Positions 32,401 through 46,528 of a DNA stretch of 64,000 nucleotides are shown one piece after another. This DNA is from Daphnia carinata (lineage: Eukaryota). Position 1 is the stretch's first letter. Each line of letters starts with the position of its first letter. Under the pieces are notes generated by a model. It was not told the origin of the DNA, ran no database searches, and saw only the letters and a program-made list of their open reading frames with translations. The stretch spans positions 10,044,001-10,108,000 of the forward strand of contig NC_081333.1 of the NCBI RefSeq assembly GCF_022539665.2, in the 5' to 3' direction. Both the position numbers and the translations under genes were made by a program.

Positions 32401-35400
32401 GGTACCGATTGTTGTTACTTACCAAAGCTTCTGCCCAGCTTTCCATTTCTCGTCGGAAGCTTCTCGCTATCTCTAGTTGCTTCAGAAAACACGAAACGTT
32501 GAAATTGTTTTTATTGTTTCGTCGTCTCCTTAATCTTATCAATGTCGGTCCAAAGCGCACACAACAACACTTCACTCATTCAATTTTCAAATAGGTTCTT
32601 TACTCCTTTTTGTTTGTGTTTAATGTGATTGTTTTCAAGTTGGCAACAGGTTGTTATGTCAAAATAATGGCAACTTCAATTTTCTGGACAGCACTCAAAG
32701 CCAGCCATTTAGTTGTCAGTTTCTACTCACCACGCAATTAGTCAAACAATGTTGGTAAAATCACGTATTAGGTATTATGTTGTTGATGAATATTCAATTC
32801 AGCGATCTAGTAAATTTTTGTTTCTTTATTGGCTGCTGCTGCTACGACACAAGAAAAACTCGATAGGCACTTTACAAGTTTGTTTTACGTGTTAATTTCT
32901 AAAAATTGCTAATGACAACACTTTTGGTATCGAGTTTGTTTAGTACACTGTGATTTCATTTGAATTTTTAGCTTAATATTAAACAAAAACGATCACTTTC
33001 AACTGACTCTTTTGTTTTCTTGTGACCAAGTCTGGCCTGAGCTTGGGGGGCCACTGTCGCTCTCGAACACACTCTCGAACTGCGGAGCCGGGTGATCCAA
33101 GCTTCCCCTTCCCTCTAGTGCAAGTGCTGCCACCAAACGGGGCATGCGCTACCAGACAAGATATTTACATTTTTGGTGCCACTCTTTTTTTTTTTAATCC
33201 CTATTTTCAGGAACATTCTTTTTTGTTGTTGCCAGCATCTTGGATTTTACGTTTAATTCGAGTCTAATGAAAAAGAAAACACCAGTCAAACTGAATTCTG
33301 TGTACTTTCAGCACGGCGCTTGACGTGTTTCGTTTCCCACAAATTCGCAAGATGTTCTTTTGTTTCGGTCGGTGGCTCCTGCCTCGGGCCTTCTTCTCTT
33401 TCATCTTTCTTTCATCCATTTCGTTTGTTATTATTCTCTATTTTTATTCCGCATTTTCTTTCATTTCCCCTGTCCTTCGTTCTGTGTTAAAAAAGTGTAA
33501 AACCACATCCGTGTCCATGCCAATGTTTTTTAGTTCCTTTTTTAAAAGATAGTTTTATAATTCTTTCCCAGTTGTTGTGTTCGTAAATAACGTAGAAAAA
33601 GAAACGAAGATTGCCTCCAAAGAACCCCAGTAACTTCGCGCGTTTTCGTCTACAATTCCAAATCCCTGTCTGACGTGTTTTCTTTCTTTTATTTCTTGCC
33701 ATTTTTGCCTTCGGCGTCTACTTCATCATCACTTTTGCTTTTTTATTTTCACCTTTTTTATTCACTCTCCCTTTCTGGTTGCACTTGGCAACAAACATGG
33801 CGGCAATCATATGGGAAACACACACAAAAATACAAGTTTCTTTGAGATGTTGCCATGGACTTCCATACACGGAGCCATACGTTTAGGAACGAATACGAGA
33901 TAGACCGACATTTTTTCTCTAGACTGCATCGAAACATGTTTTATTCTCTGTACAATAGAGAGATGCATTTTCTACAAGGGGATACAGACACACAAAAATG
34001 GATCTCGTAATCGTAGTAGGGTATAATAAAGCTGTTTTCGCTAGGATTATAAATACTCAGTACACACACTGGCTGTTTGGTGATTTTGGCGGTGGCGCTG
34101 CTGTTCTTGGCCTTGAACTTGAACAGTGGAAGGCAAAGAAGAAGGCGGTGGGAAATACGCTTGTAAAAGAAAGAAAAAACCCTGCGGGCGTAGTGTCTGG
34201 GTTGGATAATGGGCCAGCAGTACGTTTTCTTTAGAACAGATACATATTTTTTATTGTCTTTCCCTTTTTTCCCAGCCGATGGGAAATGGCCGACATCTTT
34301 TTCTCTTGTTGGCTGTGTGGTTTTGGAATAGACAAACGTAAAAAATAAAAAACTACCGATAGTTTTGTTTTCACAGATTGCCACCAGAGTTCTCTTTTGT
34401 TTTCCGGCAGTGGAATTCCCCTATTTTTGTTTACCGGCATATTGTTATTATTCACGATAGAACAAAACAAAAAACTTTCCATCTAGCATACGAAAAAACA
34501 TTTCTGCTGCAAAAGTGGGCGGTAGAATGCTAATCAGTCTCGGGCAGGTTTCCCTTCGTTTCGTATGCCAAACATTCAAGTGCCGCTCCCGAAACATGCT
34601 GTGTTTTTTTTTAAGAGACTTGCGATGCATTTAGAATCCTCAAGTTACTGTTCGTTGAGAAACATAGGCATTTTAAGACAGTTCGTCGGGTTCAATTTGA
34701 AAGTATTGGCTGTAACAGAACGATTTTAATTTGTGTCTTCTTGTGTACTCGATTACCTGCTTTGAAAGCTTCAACGTTGGCTATTCATGTGTTGAACCCC
34801 GCAGGGAAGCTACATAATAATTCCCGATAGAGGCGCTTACGTCGCTTTCGATTTTCATGCTATCGTGACATTAGAATAAAAGAAAAAAAAAACTTTTGAA
34901 AGTAAAAATTAAATGAAAGAAAGAAAAATAACGTGAAGCTTTCCCTTTTGGTCCGTGTGGCGGAGATGGCAACTGGTTTTTCTTGTTGACAATAGTTCTT
35001 CTACCTGTGGGCTCCAAGGACTTGAATCTCGTGTATCGTTTCTCTACATCTCAGATCAATCTACGGGTTAGCCTTGACCTGTCAAATTTGTTTTTCTTAT
35101 TCCCCTCCCAGCGCAAAGTTAAACTTTAACACAATTTTCAACTGAATAGCGCCAACTTTGTGTTACCGTAATTCTGTCACATTGTTATGCTAACTATGTT
35201 CGCTCGAATTTTGTGGGCCTTTATGAATTCAGACGCGGTGCGCTGTAGGGGCTGATTGGATTTCACAATGATTTTCGAAATCCAACAATTTTTCTAGCTT
35301 CTTCTTCATTCTCTTTTCCTCCCTCTCTCTCTCTCTGTGATTTATAAAAGAACAGGCGCCATGATGAACTCACGCTGAATATTCGAACGCAGCAGTGCAT

Positions 35401-35760
35401 AAAGGAAATGCAGGAGATAATTTTCTGGCAACATCTCAAGGACAACAAAGGCAACGCTGAGGAGGAGGTTCCTGTACTGCTGTGTAGATTGCGAACATAA
35501 TGAAACACAGCTGAAACCGGCAGCTTGAAAAAAAAAACGTAATAGTTTATATCTTATTGAGAAAAAAAAAAAATAATAACAGACAACAATATATCAAGCA
35601 TATGCCAAAGAGAGCCGACTAATGGCTCCAATCAAAGGTACACTTATTTTTTCTTTCTCTGCTTCGTCGGCAAATGGAATATTGTAAAAAATCACACTCG
35701 AAATCAAAAATAGCAAAAAAACAATGTGTTTCGGCGTTTCCAAAACGATCGTCAAATAAA

Positions 35761-38246
35761 TTAGGAAGGTATCGTTTTGTTACCAGCTGATGGAAGATTC
35801 AACAGGTAACCGAACCGATTTTTATGCTTTAAAATATAGGATGGGGCATAAAGACGATCCTCTTCCGGTTTGGCTAGGAAAAATGGCTTCGTGTTGTCGA
35901 ACCAACGTCCATCGCGAATCAATCCGTTTATGTATCCGAGATCTAATTTTTCGGGGTAATCACCCCAACGTGGTTTATCGTCTTTTTGAGCCGACGTCAG
36001 TTTGAGTCTGATTCCTTCCGCATTATAGCACCAAGAACAATGGAAACCGGCATAGGCTCCAACACGACCGATATTCCATTCCATGACCGAATGGCCGTTG
36101 AGAATATAGGCTTTCACTCGGCTTAAGAGTGGCTCTGTCGTCAGGTAATTACGGCGGAGGCTCATTACTTTGTTATCATAAACTTCACGAATCATCCGCA
36201 TTGTAGAAATGGCCAAGATATGTGTCACGTCTTCAACGAATGGCGATCCACTGACGGAACGTTTCCAAAAAAAACCGTAAATGGACCAACGTAATGTCAA
36301 GGCAATGGGTTCCGGATAACCATCGTATAGTTTCAAAAAGAGTAAAACATTCCGGTCTGGAATCTCATCGGCATCTAGCAACAGGAACAAATCTTCATCT
36401 CGAATACCTAAACGCGTGGAAATATTTAAAAAGAAATCCGTATAAGATTAAATGAATTGAAAAACAACAAAACAGGAAGCAACCTTTGATGCGTTTAAGG
36501 CCTTCCTGTCCCATGTAATCACGTATAAACGTGTCTGCGAACCATCCATCTGTCAATCCTTCAGGTGGGAAATGATCGATGAAGACGTGGATAATTTTGT
36601 GCTGGAAACCGCCCATGTACCCTCTGCGCAGTTCCGGCAGCAAGTACAAAGGGCTCGGATCGCCTCCAGCAGTTAGATTAGATTCGCCAACGATGATAAC
36701 ATCCAACACGTCGCCCACTTCTTCCAACCGGACTTGAAAGAACTCGAGTTCGTGATTGATGTTTAGCCCGTGAATGATTCGACGTGGCGTCTTCCGGGGT
36801 TTGAAATCAGTACAATTGTTTAATGCTTGACAAGCGTACCAGACGGGTTCCGGTATGCCACAATCACGTCCGTAATAGCCCGCCAAACAGTTGCAACTAT
36901 TAGAACTGGAAGTGCTGCTTTTCATCAAATCAGTGCCGGCAGTAAAGCAACTGAATCCATTGGGTAGGAGCGTGAAATACGGTCGATCGTCATCCACCAG
37001 CGTGTAGATTTCGGGAAGCGCAGGTAAAATTATGGGATCCATGACGTCCGTGTAGGAGTCTTCCCCGGATGCGTATAACGATGTCAAAACTGGCCATCCG
37101 GGCTGCAAAGTATAGACGCTCATGATCCCAATGATCATCACAACCTAGCGAAAACAAAATAATATGATTATTTATCGATCGCCTTCCAGGAACGTTTTCC
37201 AGTTGGGTGGTGACTGAGCCGTGCTTTAGGCTAGTAATGCGTTTGACATCTTACAGCTTGTTAAGGGCAATTAGACTGAAATAATAAAAACAGGCTTCAT
37301 GTTTGTTTTCCACGCTTCAGAGAGCCGTCAGCGAGTGCTTTCCAATAATAACAAAATCAGGAGCTAGGCGGAGGAAAAGAATGTGAGAAATAGGGAGAAA
37401 CTATGAAAGACATTCGGAAAAGCCACGGTTCCCTAAAGTTCATTCACGTCCTAGTTTTCTTCTTCAGAAACATATTTTTTTGTGCAATTGTTTTTGCTTT
37501 TTCATCCAAGTTATATATAGAAAGTTGGTTTGGCAACTTTGAATTCGGAACGACAGGCTACGATGATTTATTGATCATCCGAGCAGCCCATGTGCCTATG
37601 AGAACAATGTCACGTCCACCACATTGACTTATCCACGCTGTTGTGAAGTAAGCTTGGGTCACGAGTGTCTATCGTACAGCGCACATATAAATATAGACGA
37701 CTAATCAGTCACGAAGGCTTTCGTTTTCCCACATCGGAAAGGTCCTCTTCCGGACAGGCCGAATCCCACATTTTTCCTTTACTCAAATTCCCGTCACAAG
37801 ATGGCATACATGCTCTGTTTACTTTCGGGTATTTCTGTTTTCCTGTTTTGTTGGTTGTTTGGTTTTTCAAGTACACACGAGCTTTAAGAACGTAAAAAGT
37901 TTTATAGTTATTGGTCAATCGAACCGATTCTTTCAAACGGACCTTAGCACGCAATGAGCTGACATGATTCCATCGCAAAAAGTGAAAAGCTAACAACGGG
38001 ATAAAGTTACACAAATATTTAGCTACATTTGTTATCTGTTAGTGAACTTCGTAAGATTTCGTAGGTGAACTAACAAGATAGCTTATCTCATGACCTCATA
38101 GGACACGATCGGAAACTTAGTTCACATAGGGCCGATGAGAGGCCACTACTAAGAAAAGACAACGTTTCATCAAATTAGCTACAATTAAAGATATTGCTCA
38201 CCTGAATAGCCACCATCCACAGACCGCATCGCCTCATAGGTGTCAT
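35761..38246 (-). CDS. Glycosyltransferase family 17, beta-1,4-mannosyl-glycoprotein 4-beta-N-acetylglucosaminyltransferase (GnT-III/MGAT3-like)
   Basis: Exons 38202-38246 (MTPMRRCGLWMVAIQ), 36484-37144 and 35761-36407. Type II membrane anchor. Stem motif CNCLAGYYGRDCGIP, then PRRIIHGLNINHE, VGESNLTAGG, DGWFADTFIRD, the DxD motif LLDADEIP, LRWSIYGFFW and AGFHCSWCY, all typical of GT17. Confidence 0.88.
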
Positions 38247-39213
38247 TTTAAAACGACGAAATAGACCCATGCATGAAACTTCAAGGTTCTTTATGTTGCT
38301 GTTCTTTTATAGAACCATCAGTCGGATGAAACTGCTCTTCTCCTTCTCCCGGCAAAATATCAAGGTCCGTAACGCTTGGCAGCAACTGCTGATCAGCACC
38401 TGCTATACAAAAGGGTTTCCGTATTATTTTACATCACTTTAACACCAAACAAAGACACAACGCCGTGGGTGAGGTTTCCTTAAAAATTAATGCGCTGGTA
38501 TGACATCATTTCCTTAAGAATTCTGGTCGGTGAAAACCTGTTTACTCGTCTTCATACAAACCAGTTTCATTACACTAGTCTCAATTTTCAGCCTTTCGAG
38601 GGGGCAATCGAATTGGGTATGACCACTGTCGCGCTGTAACATTCGAACGTGGCAATTTCCATCGCGCATTAAAATATGTGGCAGCTGGCGGAAAAGCTGC
38701 ATCTGAATGTGTAGCGAAAGTACACCAACTGTGGACCAGATACTGTTTATCTATGAAAGTACTAAGGTGCCACTGTAGTGATTTCATAAAAACATGAGCC
38801 TCATCTATGTCACCCCCCTTTCATATCTGTTGAAAGTTGAAAGCATTCCTCTTCAAGTTGTACAAGATCATGAAAACAAAAAAGGCGATAAAATGAAGTT
38901 AGTTTTCTAAAAATTGATTCTTTGGGACGATACAGAGAAGAATGAATAGAACAAAGGTTAACAAACTAAAAAAAAAAGAAAATTTCTAGGCCGATATCAG
39001 AATTCGTCAAAGTGATGATCGATCTACTGCCAGCCATCTTTCGGACAAAATCGCTATTCTACAACAATATCACTTGCCTCGTGGTGGTTGTTAAGTTCAA
39101 ATGCGGTCACATTCTTTTACTCGCGTTTTGGCTGGGATCAAATCCGCCCACGTTGTACACAGAGATCAAATGATCGACATTCTAAACAGGATTGCGTTAT
39201 CAGATCTTCTTTC

Positions 39214-39265
39214 TTCCTGTCTAACGTTCTTATCTACTGTTCCTGCCTAACGTTTTAATCTACTG
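39214..39265. repeat. Imperfect 26-bp tandem duplication
   Basis: ttcctgtctaacgttcttatctactg is followed directly by ttcctgcctaacgttttaatctactg. Confidence 0.7.
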
Positions 39266-39990
39266 TGCCCTCCTTGCAACAGATAACGAAAAGGAAGCAA
39301 ATGCCTTTTCTACAGTTGGTAACATTACACAATATCTATTTTGCGTTGATGAAATGGCCGTGAAAGAATTCTATTTGTGGACTGATTGTCGATTCAAGAA
39401 TTTTCTAATGTGTTCACTTTAAAGCTATTCTGAGTGAAAAAAGTTTGACTCACCTCTGTCGTTCACCTCAAAATCCAAGTGAGCGTTTTCATCTGCAGGA
39501 AGAGCAATGTTTTTATCCTTCTCGATGACGTAGCACACGGCAAGAGAATGAACTCTTTCAATGCATGTAATGATGCTAGTGCCCCGTCGGGCACTCTCTC
39601 CCTACTTCTAGTTGCTGTTTACACACCACACACTCGCAGGTTTTCGAGCGAGAGATGACGACGTGAAGGGATGAGGCAGTACAATAAAGAAACCGGTTGC
39701 TCTTTCTTTATGTCGTGGCACAAAATCTCAACAGCGGAATGTCCCGCCAATGTGTCACGTGATTGTATGAACCGCGCAGCCTCATGATCGAAACAAGAGT
39801 TAAGGCTCAAAGATCTCTAAGGCTACCAACTATCTTCTGCTCACGAGTTCTTGGGACTGGCGTGCCTCCCTTTGGGCTGTTTATCTAAGCAACTGGACAT
39901 CTAGAAATTTTCTGGATTGTAAATGTTTCGCCGAAGGGATGGTGAAATTCCCGGACCCTTACAGAAAAGCAAAAAGCAGAAGAAATGTTA

Positions 39991-40004
39991 CTGCCACCTG
40001 TTGG
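39991..40004 (-). promoter_or_regulatory. CTCF-like motif between the divergently oriented GT17 and MTR genes
   Basis: The minus strand reads CCAACAGGTGGCAG, one mismatch from the CCASYAGRKGGCRS core. It lies about 190 bp upstream of the MTR ATG. Motif match only. Confidence 0.3.
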
Positions 40005-40189
40005 ATGCATCAGTTGTTTCCCGATGTCATTCATAGGTGGTGCGATATGTTCGCTCCACGTGAAATGAATGAAAACATAAAGTCGGTGACAGTGTATACA
40101 GTCGGTCTCACTTCAACGTCGACCGGGTCCACGGTAGTACATCCAACAACAATCCATTTTCGTGCTTAAGACCAACATCTACCACGAAA

Positions 40190-43100
40190 ATGACCATTTC
40201 CTCGAATCAGACGAATAGCTGGAAGTGTAAGTAATTGTAACATTGATTTTTCAGTTTGTTTGGCTTCATTTGATGATGGTAAAGATTGTTTAATACGTCT
40301 GCACAGCCGTCTGTAAATTTAGCTCTTGGCTGTTTACGCTACCTCAGCGACCTCGATCGGCCCTGTAGAAACTGTTTGTTTTTCAAGTCACTTTGATATC
40401 ATCGCTAGCCTCCTACCTCTCCATTATACTTTTTGACCATAGTGAAGTTCCTGCTGTGAAGGTCAACAAATATTTTGTAAACAAAAAAAATAATAATAAT
40501 AAAAATGTGTTGCCATGCACGAAACTGCTTCGACGCATCCTTCCCGTTGTCGAGATTAAAAATTTAAAAATTCCTTCAATTGGTTTCACAGCGGAGAAAA
40601 GTGCCCGTCTGGAGGAAGAACTCGGTCGGCGTATTCTTATTATTGATGGTGCTATGGGTACCATGATCCAGCGGCATCGCTTGGAAGAGGAAGATTTTCG
40701 GAATGCTGAGTTAAATGACAACAAAAAAAACCTGAAAGGGAACAATGATTTGCTCAGTATCACTCGGCCGGAAATCATCTACGACATCCATTATGTAAAT
40801 ATTTTAAATCGCCTGCTATAGGAAAAAAATTAATTCTACACAAATTTATTTTTATTTTAAGGCATATTTGGAAGCAGGGGCTGATATTATTGAAACCAAT
40901 ACTTTCAGCGGTACATGGATCGCCCAGTCTGACTACGGTCTGGAGGAGTGGGCATATAGACTAAATTTTGAATCCGCAAAGTTGGCTGCTCGGGCAGTGT
41001 ACGATTTTGAAAAAAAGACTGGCAAGCAATGTTGGGTCGCAGGAGCACTTGGCCCAACTAATCGCACCTTGTCCATCTCCCCATCAGTCGAGCGTCCAGA
41101 TTTCCGAAATATTAGTATGAAAATATCATTTTCTGTTGACATTTAAGCTCGTTTCCATGTTAGCAATCGAACATTGCCCCACTGTGAATCTTTGTTATGT
41201 AACATGACCTTGGTTTACATAGCGTTTGATGAGCTGGTGGACGCGTATACAACTCAGGCCAGAGCACTACTGGATGGTGGCGCAGATATTCTTCTAGTTG
41301 AAACCATTTTCGACACGGCAAATGCGAAAGCAGCACTTTTCGCCATCGAAAACCTTTTCGAAAAGGAATATAGTCGTGTTCCTGTTATGGTAATCCTATT
41401 AAATAGTGGATCGTTGTTATCCTAATGATTTCTAAAAAAAATTCATTCTATAGGTCTCTGGAACAATCGTTGATAAAAGCGGACGAACTCTGTCGGGACA
41501 AACTGGCGAGGCTTTCGTCATCAGCGTGTCACATTCTAATCCATTATGGTAATAATTTTTGTAATTCACATTTCCACATACCCTATTCATTGAAAAAACA
41601 AAATTTTTTGTGAGATACAGTATAGGTCTAAATTGTGCACTAGGTGCCCGAGAGATGAGGCCCTTCATCGAAACGATCGGACGTTGCACACCGGCGTACG
41701 TTATTTGCTACCCGAATGCTGGTAATTGGTTGCTATTGTTTGTTTTTTTCCAAGCCAACGTCATCACGACTTTGATTTGCTTTATTTAGGTCTACCGAAC
41801 ACGTTTGGTGGTTATGACGAAACGCCCGAAATCACCGCGGAAAGTTTACGAGATTTCGCTAGCGACGGTCTAGTAAATATAATCGGTGGTTGCTGTGGAA
41901 CTACGCCCGATCACATTAGGTAACACATGATAAATTAGTGTGACTGTATTTCTTTTTGTATAATATTCTAAAATTACGATTTTCAGAGCAATAAAAAGAG
42001 TCGTTGGAGAATATCCACCTCGCAAGCCAAACCCTAATCCATATGAAAGTTGTATGCAGCTTTCGGGATTAGAACCTTTCCGCATCGGAAAAAATACCAA
42101 TTTCGTTAATATTGGTGAACGCTGTAACGTCGCCGGTTCGCGCAAATTTTTGCGGTTGATCAAGGATGGCAAATACGACGTAACAATACGTGTTTAAAGA
42201 GTTGCTTTTACTTTCAATGAGATTATAGCGTTAATTATTTCTATAGGAAGCGTTGCAAATCGCCAAAGAACAAGTAGAAAATGGTGCTCAAATTCTTGAT
42301 ATTGTAAGTAGATGTTGCTATGTACTATACACCTTTCCCAAATTCTAATGAAACATCGATTTTTTAGAATATGGATGAGGGTATGTTAGATGGCATAGCG
42401 GCCATGACTCGCTTTTTAAATTTGATTTCCTCAGAGCCTGATATATCCAAGGTAAGAATAGATACAAGGAAATGTTGTTCGTGATTATCGTCAAACCATT
42501 TCTTTTATTAGGTTCCTTTATGTATTGATTCCTCTAATTTCAAAGTGATTGAGGCGGGATTAAAGTGTTGCCAAGGAAAATGTATCGTCAATTCCATTTC
42601 GTTAAAAGAGGGTGAAGCAGATTTCATGCTCAAAGCCAAAATTGTCAAGAAATTTGGTGCTGCCGTCGTGGTGATGGCATTCGATGAGCTTGGTCAAGTA
42701 ATTCCTCTTTAACAAGGTTAAAAATGAAAGCATGTTTCCTAAACTCAGTTTCGTATATTATAGGCCGCAGACGCTGATCGTAAAGTTGAAATTTGTGTTC
42801 GGTCTTTCAAACTGTTGGTTGATAAAGTTGGATTTAACCCCAACGATATCATTTTCGATCCAAATATTTTAACGATAGCTACGGGTATTGAAGAACATAA
42901 TACTTATGGAATTGACTTTATTGAAGCTTGCAGAAGAATCAAAGTAAAAATGCTTTTAACTGAACTGCATCAAGATGTACCTTATTAATTGAGTATTGTT
43001 ATTTACAGAAAGAGTGCGCCGGATGTCGAGTGAGCGGTGGTGTGTCTAATATTTCCTTCTCCTTCCGTGGAATGGAACAAATCCGTGAAGCAATGCATTC

Positions 43101-45903
43101 CGTTTTTCTGTATCATGCCATTAAAGCCGGCTTAGATATGGGTATAGTAAATGCTGGCAATCTTCCAGTCTACGATAACATTGACGCCAAATTGCTGCAA
43201 CTCTGTGAGGCCATTTTGTGGAACAAAGATCCTCATGTACAACTCATTTGTTTATAATTTTTTCCATACCATCTCTCTGACGAAACATTCCTTACAAAAG
43301 GGAACTGAAAAACTATTGGAATTTGCTCAAACTGCTGTCAAAGGAGAAAAGACTGTGGAAATCGACGACTCAAGGTCGAAAGCTGTCGAAGAACGCATTG
43401 AAAATGCTCTTGTGAAGGTAACTTTTATCTTCTTTATCGAGATAAAATGTCTTTTAATCAGCACTGTCATTCTAATAGGGCATTGATAAACATATTGTTG
43501 AAGACACAGAGGAAGCACGATTAAATACGGAGAAGTATCCACGTCCACTTAACATAATCGAAGGACCGTTGATGAAAGGGATGTCAATTGTTGGAGATCT
43601 GTTTGGCGCTGGAAAAATGTTTTTACCTCAAGTAAAATCGACTATTAAATCTCTATCTATAATGTTAAAAATATACTAACAATTAATGCGTATTCGTGTT
43701 AGGTAATCAAATCAGCTAGGGTTATGAAGAAAGCTGTCGGCCATTTGGTTCCTTTTATGGAAAAAGAACGCGAGGCAGCATTAGCCATATCGGGTGAAAT
43801 CGCCTCAGAGAACGTAACACAAGTGGTTGTTGGGAGGACCTAGAATGACAAAATGAAGTATTGACTATATTCTCTAGGATCGGTTTGCCGGCACTGTCGT
43901 CCTAGCCACCGTCAAAGGCGATGTCCATGATATTGGAAAAAACATTGTGGCAGTCGTTCTTGGCTGCAACAATTTCCGTGTTATTGATATGGGGGTCATG
44001 GTCCCTTGCGATAAAATTTTGGAGCGAGCCATTCAAGAGAAAGCAGGTTAGTAAAAAATATATGTATATATTGTCGTTCGTAAGAAAGCAACTAATTCAT
44101 GATAATTATGTATTTTGTCAGATATCGTCGGTCTTTCTGGACTCATTACACCTTCTTTGGATGAAATGATACATGTGGCCAAGGAAATGCAACGCCTAAA
44201 AATGAAAGTACCTTTACTGATTGGAGGCGCTACCACTTCCAAAGCTCACACTGCTGTCAAAATTGCTCCGGCGTACGAACATCCTGTTGTTCACGTTCTC
44301 GATGCGTCTCGTAGTGTCGTTGTGGTAAAATTGAAAAAAAGAATTCGTTTTCTATTAAAACACAACCTAATTCATGATTGCGCAGTGCTCTGCACTATTA
44401 GACAAAAACGCTGTACAGGAATACATGGAGGAAATAAAAGAAGACTACGAAGACGTTAGACAGCTACACTACGAGACTTTGCGTGAGCGCAAATATGTCA
44501 GTTTGGAGGTAGCCAGAGCTCATCAATTAAAATTGGATTTTACAAACCAATTCACGCCAGGTAGTTCCGATGAATAAATATTGGCCAGTTCCATAATTCT
44601 CCAAGTGCCCAAACTGCTTTAGTGCGCCCAAGCTTTTTGGGGATCAAAGTTTTCTCGGAATACGATCTCGAAAGCCTTGTATCTTACATTGATTGGAAAC
44701 CTTTCTTTGATGTTTGGCAGCTACGAGGGAAATACCCTAACCGAGGGTATCCAAAAATTTTCAAGGATGAAGCAGTTGGTAAGTTTGATTGGTGGCTCGT
44801 TATGTACTTTGCCAAAAGATTGTTGTATGGAATTGATTGATTGATTAATTGATTGATTTTTTCAGGACCCGAAGCTAAAAAGGTGTTCGATGATGCTCAA
44901 AAGCTATTAAAGAGGATTATTGATGAGAAATTACTTCATGCCAAAGGAGTGCGGATGAAAGACATATTTTATTTCCCCAGCTCGTGGTAACCAATTTGCG
45001 TTATCATCTTTTTATGCAGGTATTGGCGTTCTACCCAGCCAACAGCTGTGGTGATGATATCATGGTTTATGAAGATGATGATTGGCCACGCGATGAGCCT
45101 CTTGCTCGCCTTTGCGGTTTACGGCAGCAATCCGAAAAAGAGAATAGAGAAGAGCCATATCTTTGCATTTCAGATTTTGTAGCTCCTCTTGCATCTAGAG
45201 TTCGAGATTACATAGGCATGTTTGCCGTGTCAGCAGGATTCGGGTAATTTCGTCGCTGATATTAATCGTCCTCCTGTTTAGTGTAACCATTGTAATCTTA
45301 TTAGGTGCGATGAGCTGTGCGCCAAATTTGAAAAAGAGAACGACGACTACAATGTTATTATGACAAAAGCTTTGGCCGATCGTTTTGCCGAGGCTTTTGC
45401 GGAAGCTTTGCATGAGATCGTCCGCACTGAACTCTGGGGCTACTGTTCTGAAGAAAGGCTGGCACCATCCGAGTTGCACAGCATCAAGTATAAGGTAAAT
45501 ATTTTATCAAAGTGGGCCCAGTCACTGACTTGATGACCGTATTGCTATGCAGGGAATTCGTCCGGCTCCCGGCTATCCGAGTCAGCCCGATCACACGGAA
45601 AAATTGACAATGTGGAGACTGTTGCAAGCGGAACCGAGAACTGGAATCAAATTGACCGACAGTTTGGCTATGGAACCAGCTGCTTCAGTATCTGGGCTTT
45701 ACTTTGCACATCCCGAGTCTCGTTACTTCGGCGTTGGAAAAATCACGAAAGATCAGGTACTATGTTTTTGCGAAGATAATTCATACATCGAGAAACTCTA
45801 CCCTATGTCTGGTTTCTAGGTGAAAGATTACGCTTCAAGAAAGGAAACCGACGTGTCTCATGCTGAGAAAACTCTCAACATCAACTTGGCGTACGAATTG
45901 TAA
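40190..45903 (+). CDS. MTR: Cobalamin-dependent methionine synthase (MetH type), many short introns
   Basis: First exon 40190-40226 splices to 40592. Hcy-binding domain: [54 protein letters not shown]. Pterin domain: [28 protein letters not shown]12-binding motif DxHxxG in [13 protein letters not shown], with SGLITPSL and LLIGGATTS. Reactivation domain [17 protein letters not shown]. Stop TAA at 45901-45903. Confidence 0.97.
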
Positions 45904-46528
45904 ACATGTGGCCAATTAATTTGCGAAAGAAAAATGAAACTATCGTTTAAGAGTTATTTTGACACTTTTAGAATGCAAGAATCCCAAATAGATAGAATGA
46001 ATAAACAAATTTTTACATGGAACCGATTTTTCATTTAATTGCCCACCGAATCTTGTGAATTAACAAATAAAAAGCTAAAGAGCAAACATTTTTTGAATAG
46101 TTTTTCATCTTTTTTTTTCGTTTACACTGGATAAGTAAAACGCTGCAGTAAAAGTTATCTGACTGTTGGCGAGACGAGGCTTCACACTTAAGAGCACTTA
46201 CCCAAACGTCTTCACTGCTGGTTAGTCCGATCATACTTGAGTGCTATATTTACAGCCGAAAAGCATAAGAGTCGGACCAGCAAAGTTGGCCGCCCAATAT
46301 CACATGTACGCCTAAAAACTTGAACTCTGGGGACTCTCACTCAAGAGGTCATGGCCATATGTTTCCGGTTTTCTCCATTGCTGCTCGACTACGTGATAGC
46401 ACACCAGAGAGGGGGTGAAGAAAAGGCTACCACAGATATCGAATTTCTTTCCAAAAAGGACAGACAGTTTTTGTGGATGGTATGGCCAGTTGTCGAGCAT
46501 CTTCAGACACGCTCGTGAGCCCGTCATC

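Noticed and set aside
39935..39957. AGGGATGGTGAAATTCCCGGACC upstream of methionine synthase resembles the 5' part of bacterial FMN/cobalamin riboswitches
   Set aside because: The downstream conserved riboswitch elements and pairing stems are not evident, and the context is a spliced animal gene. Most likely a chance match. An Infernal/Rfam scan would settle it.
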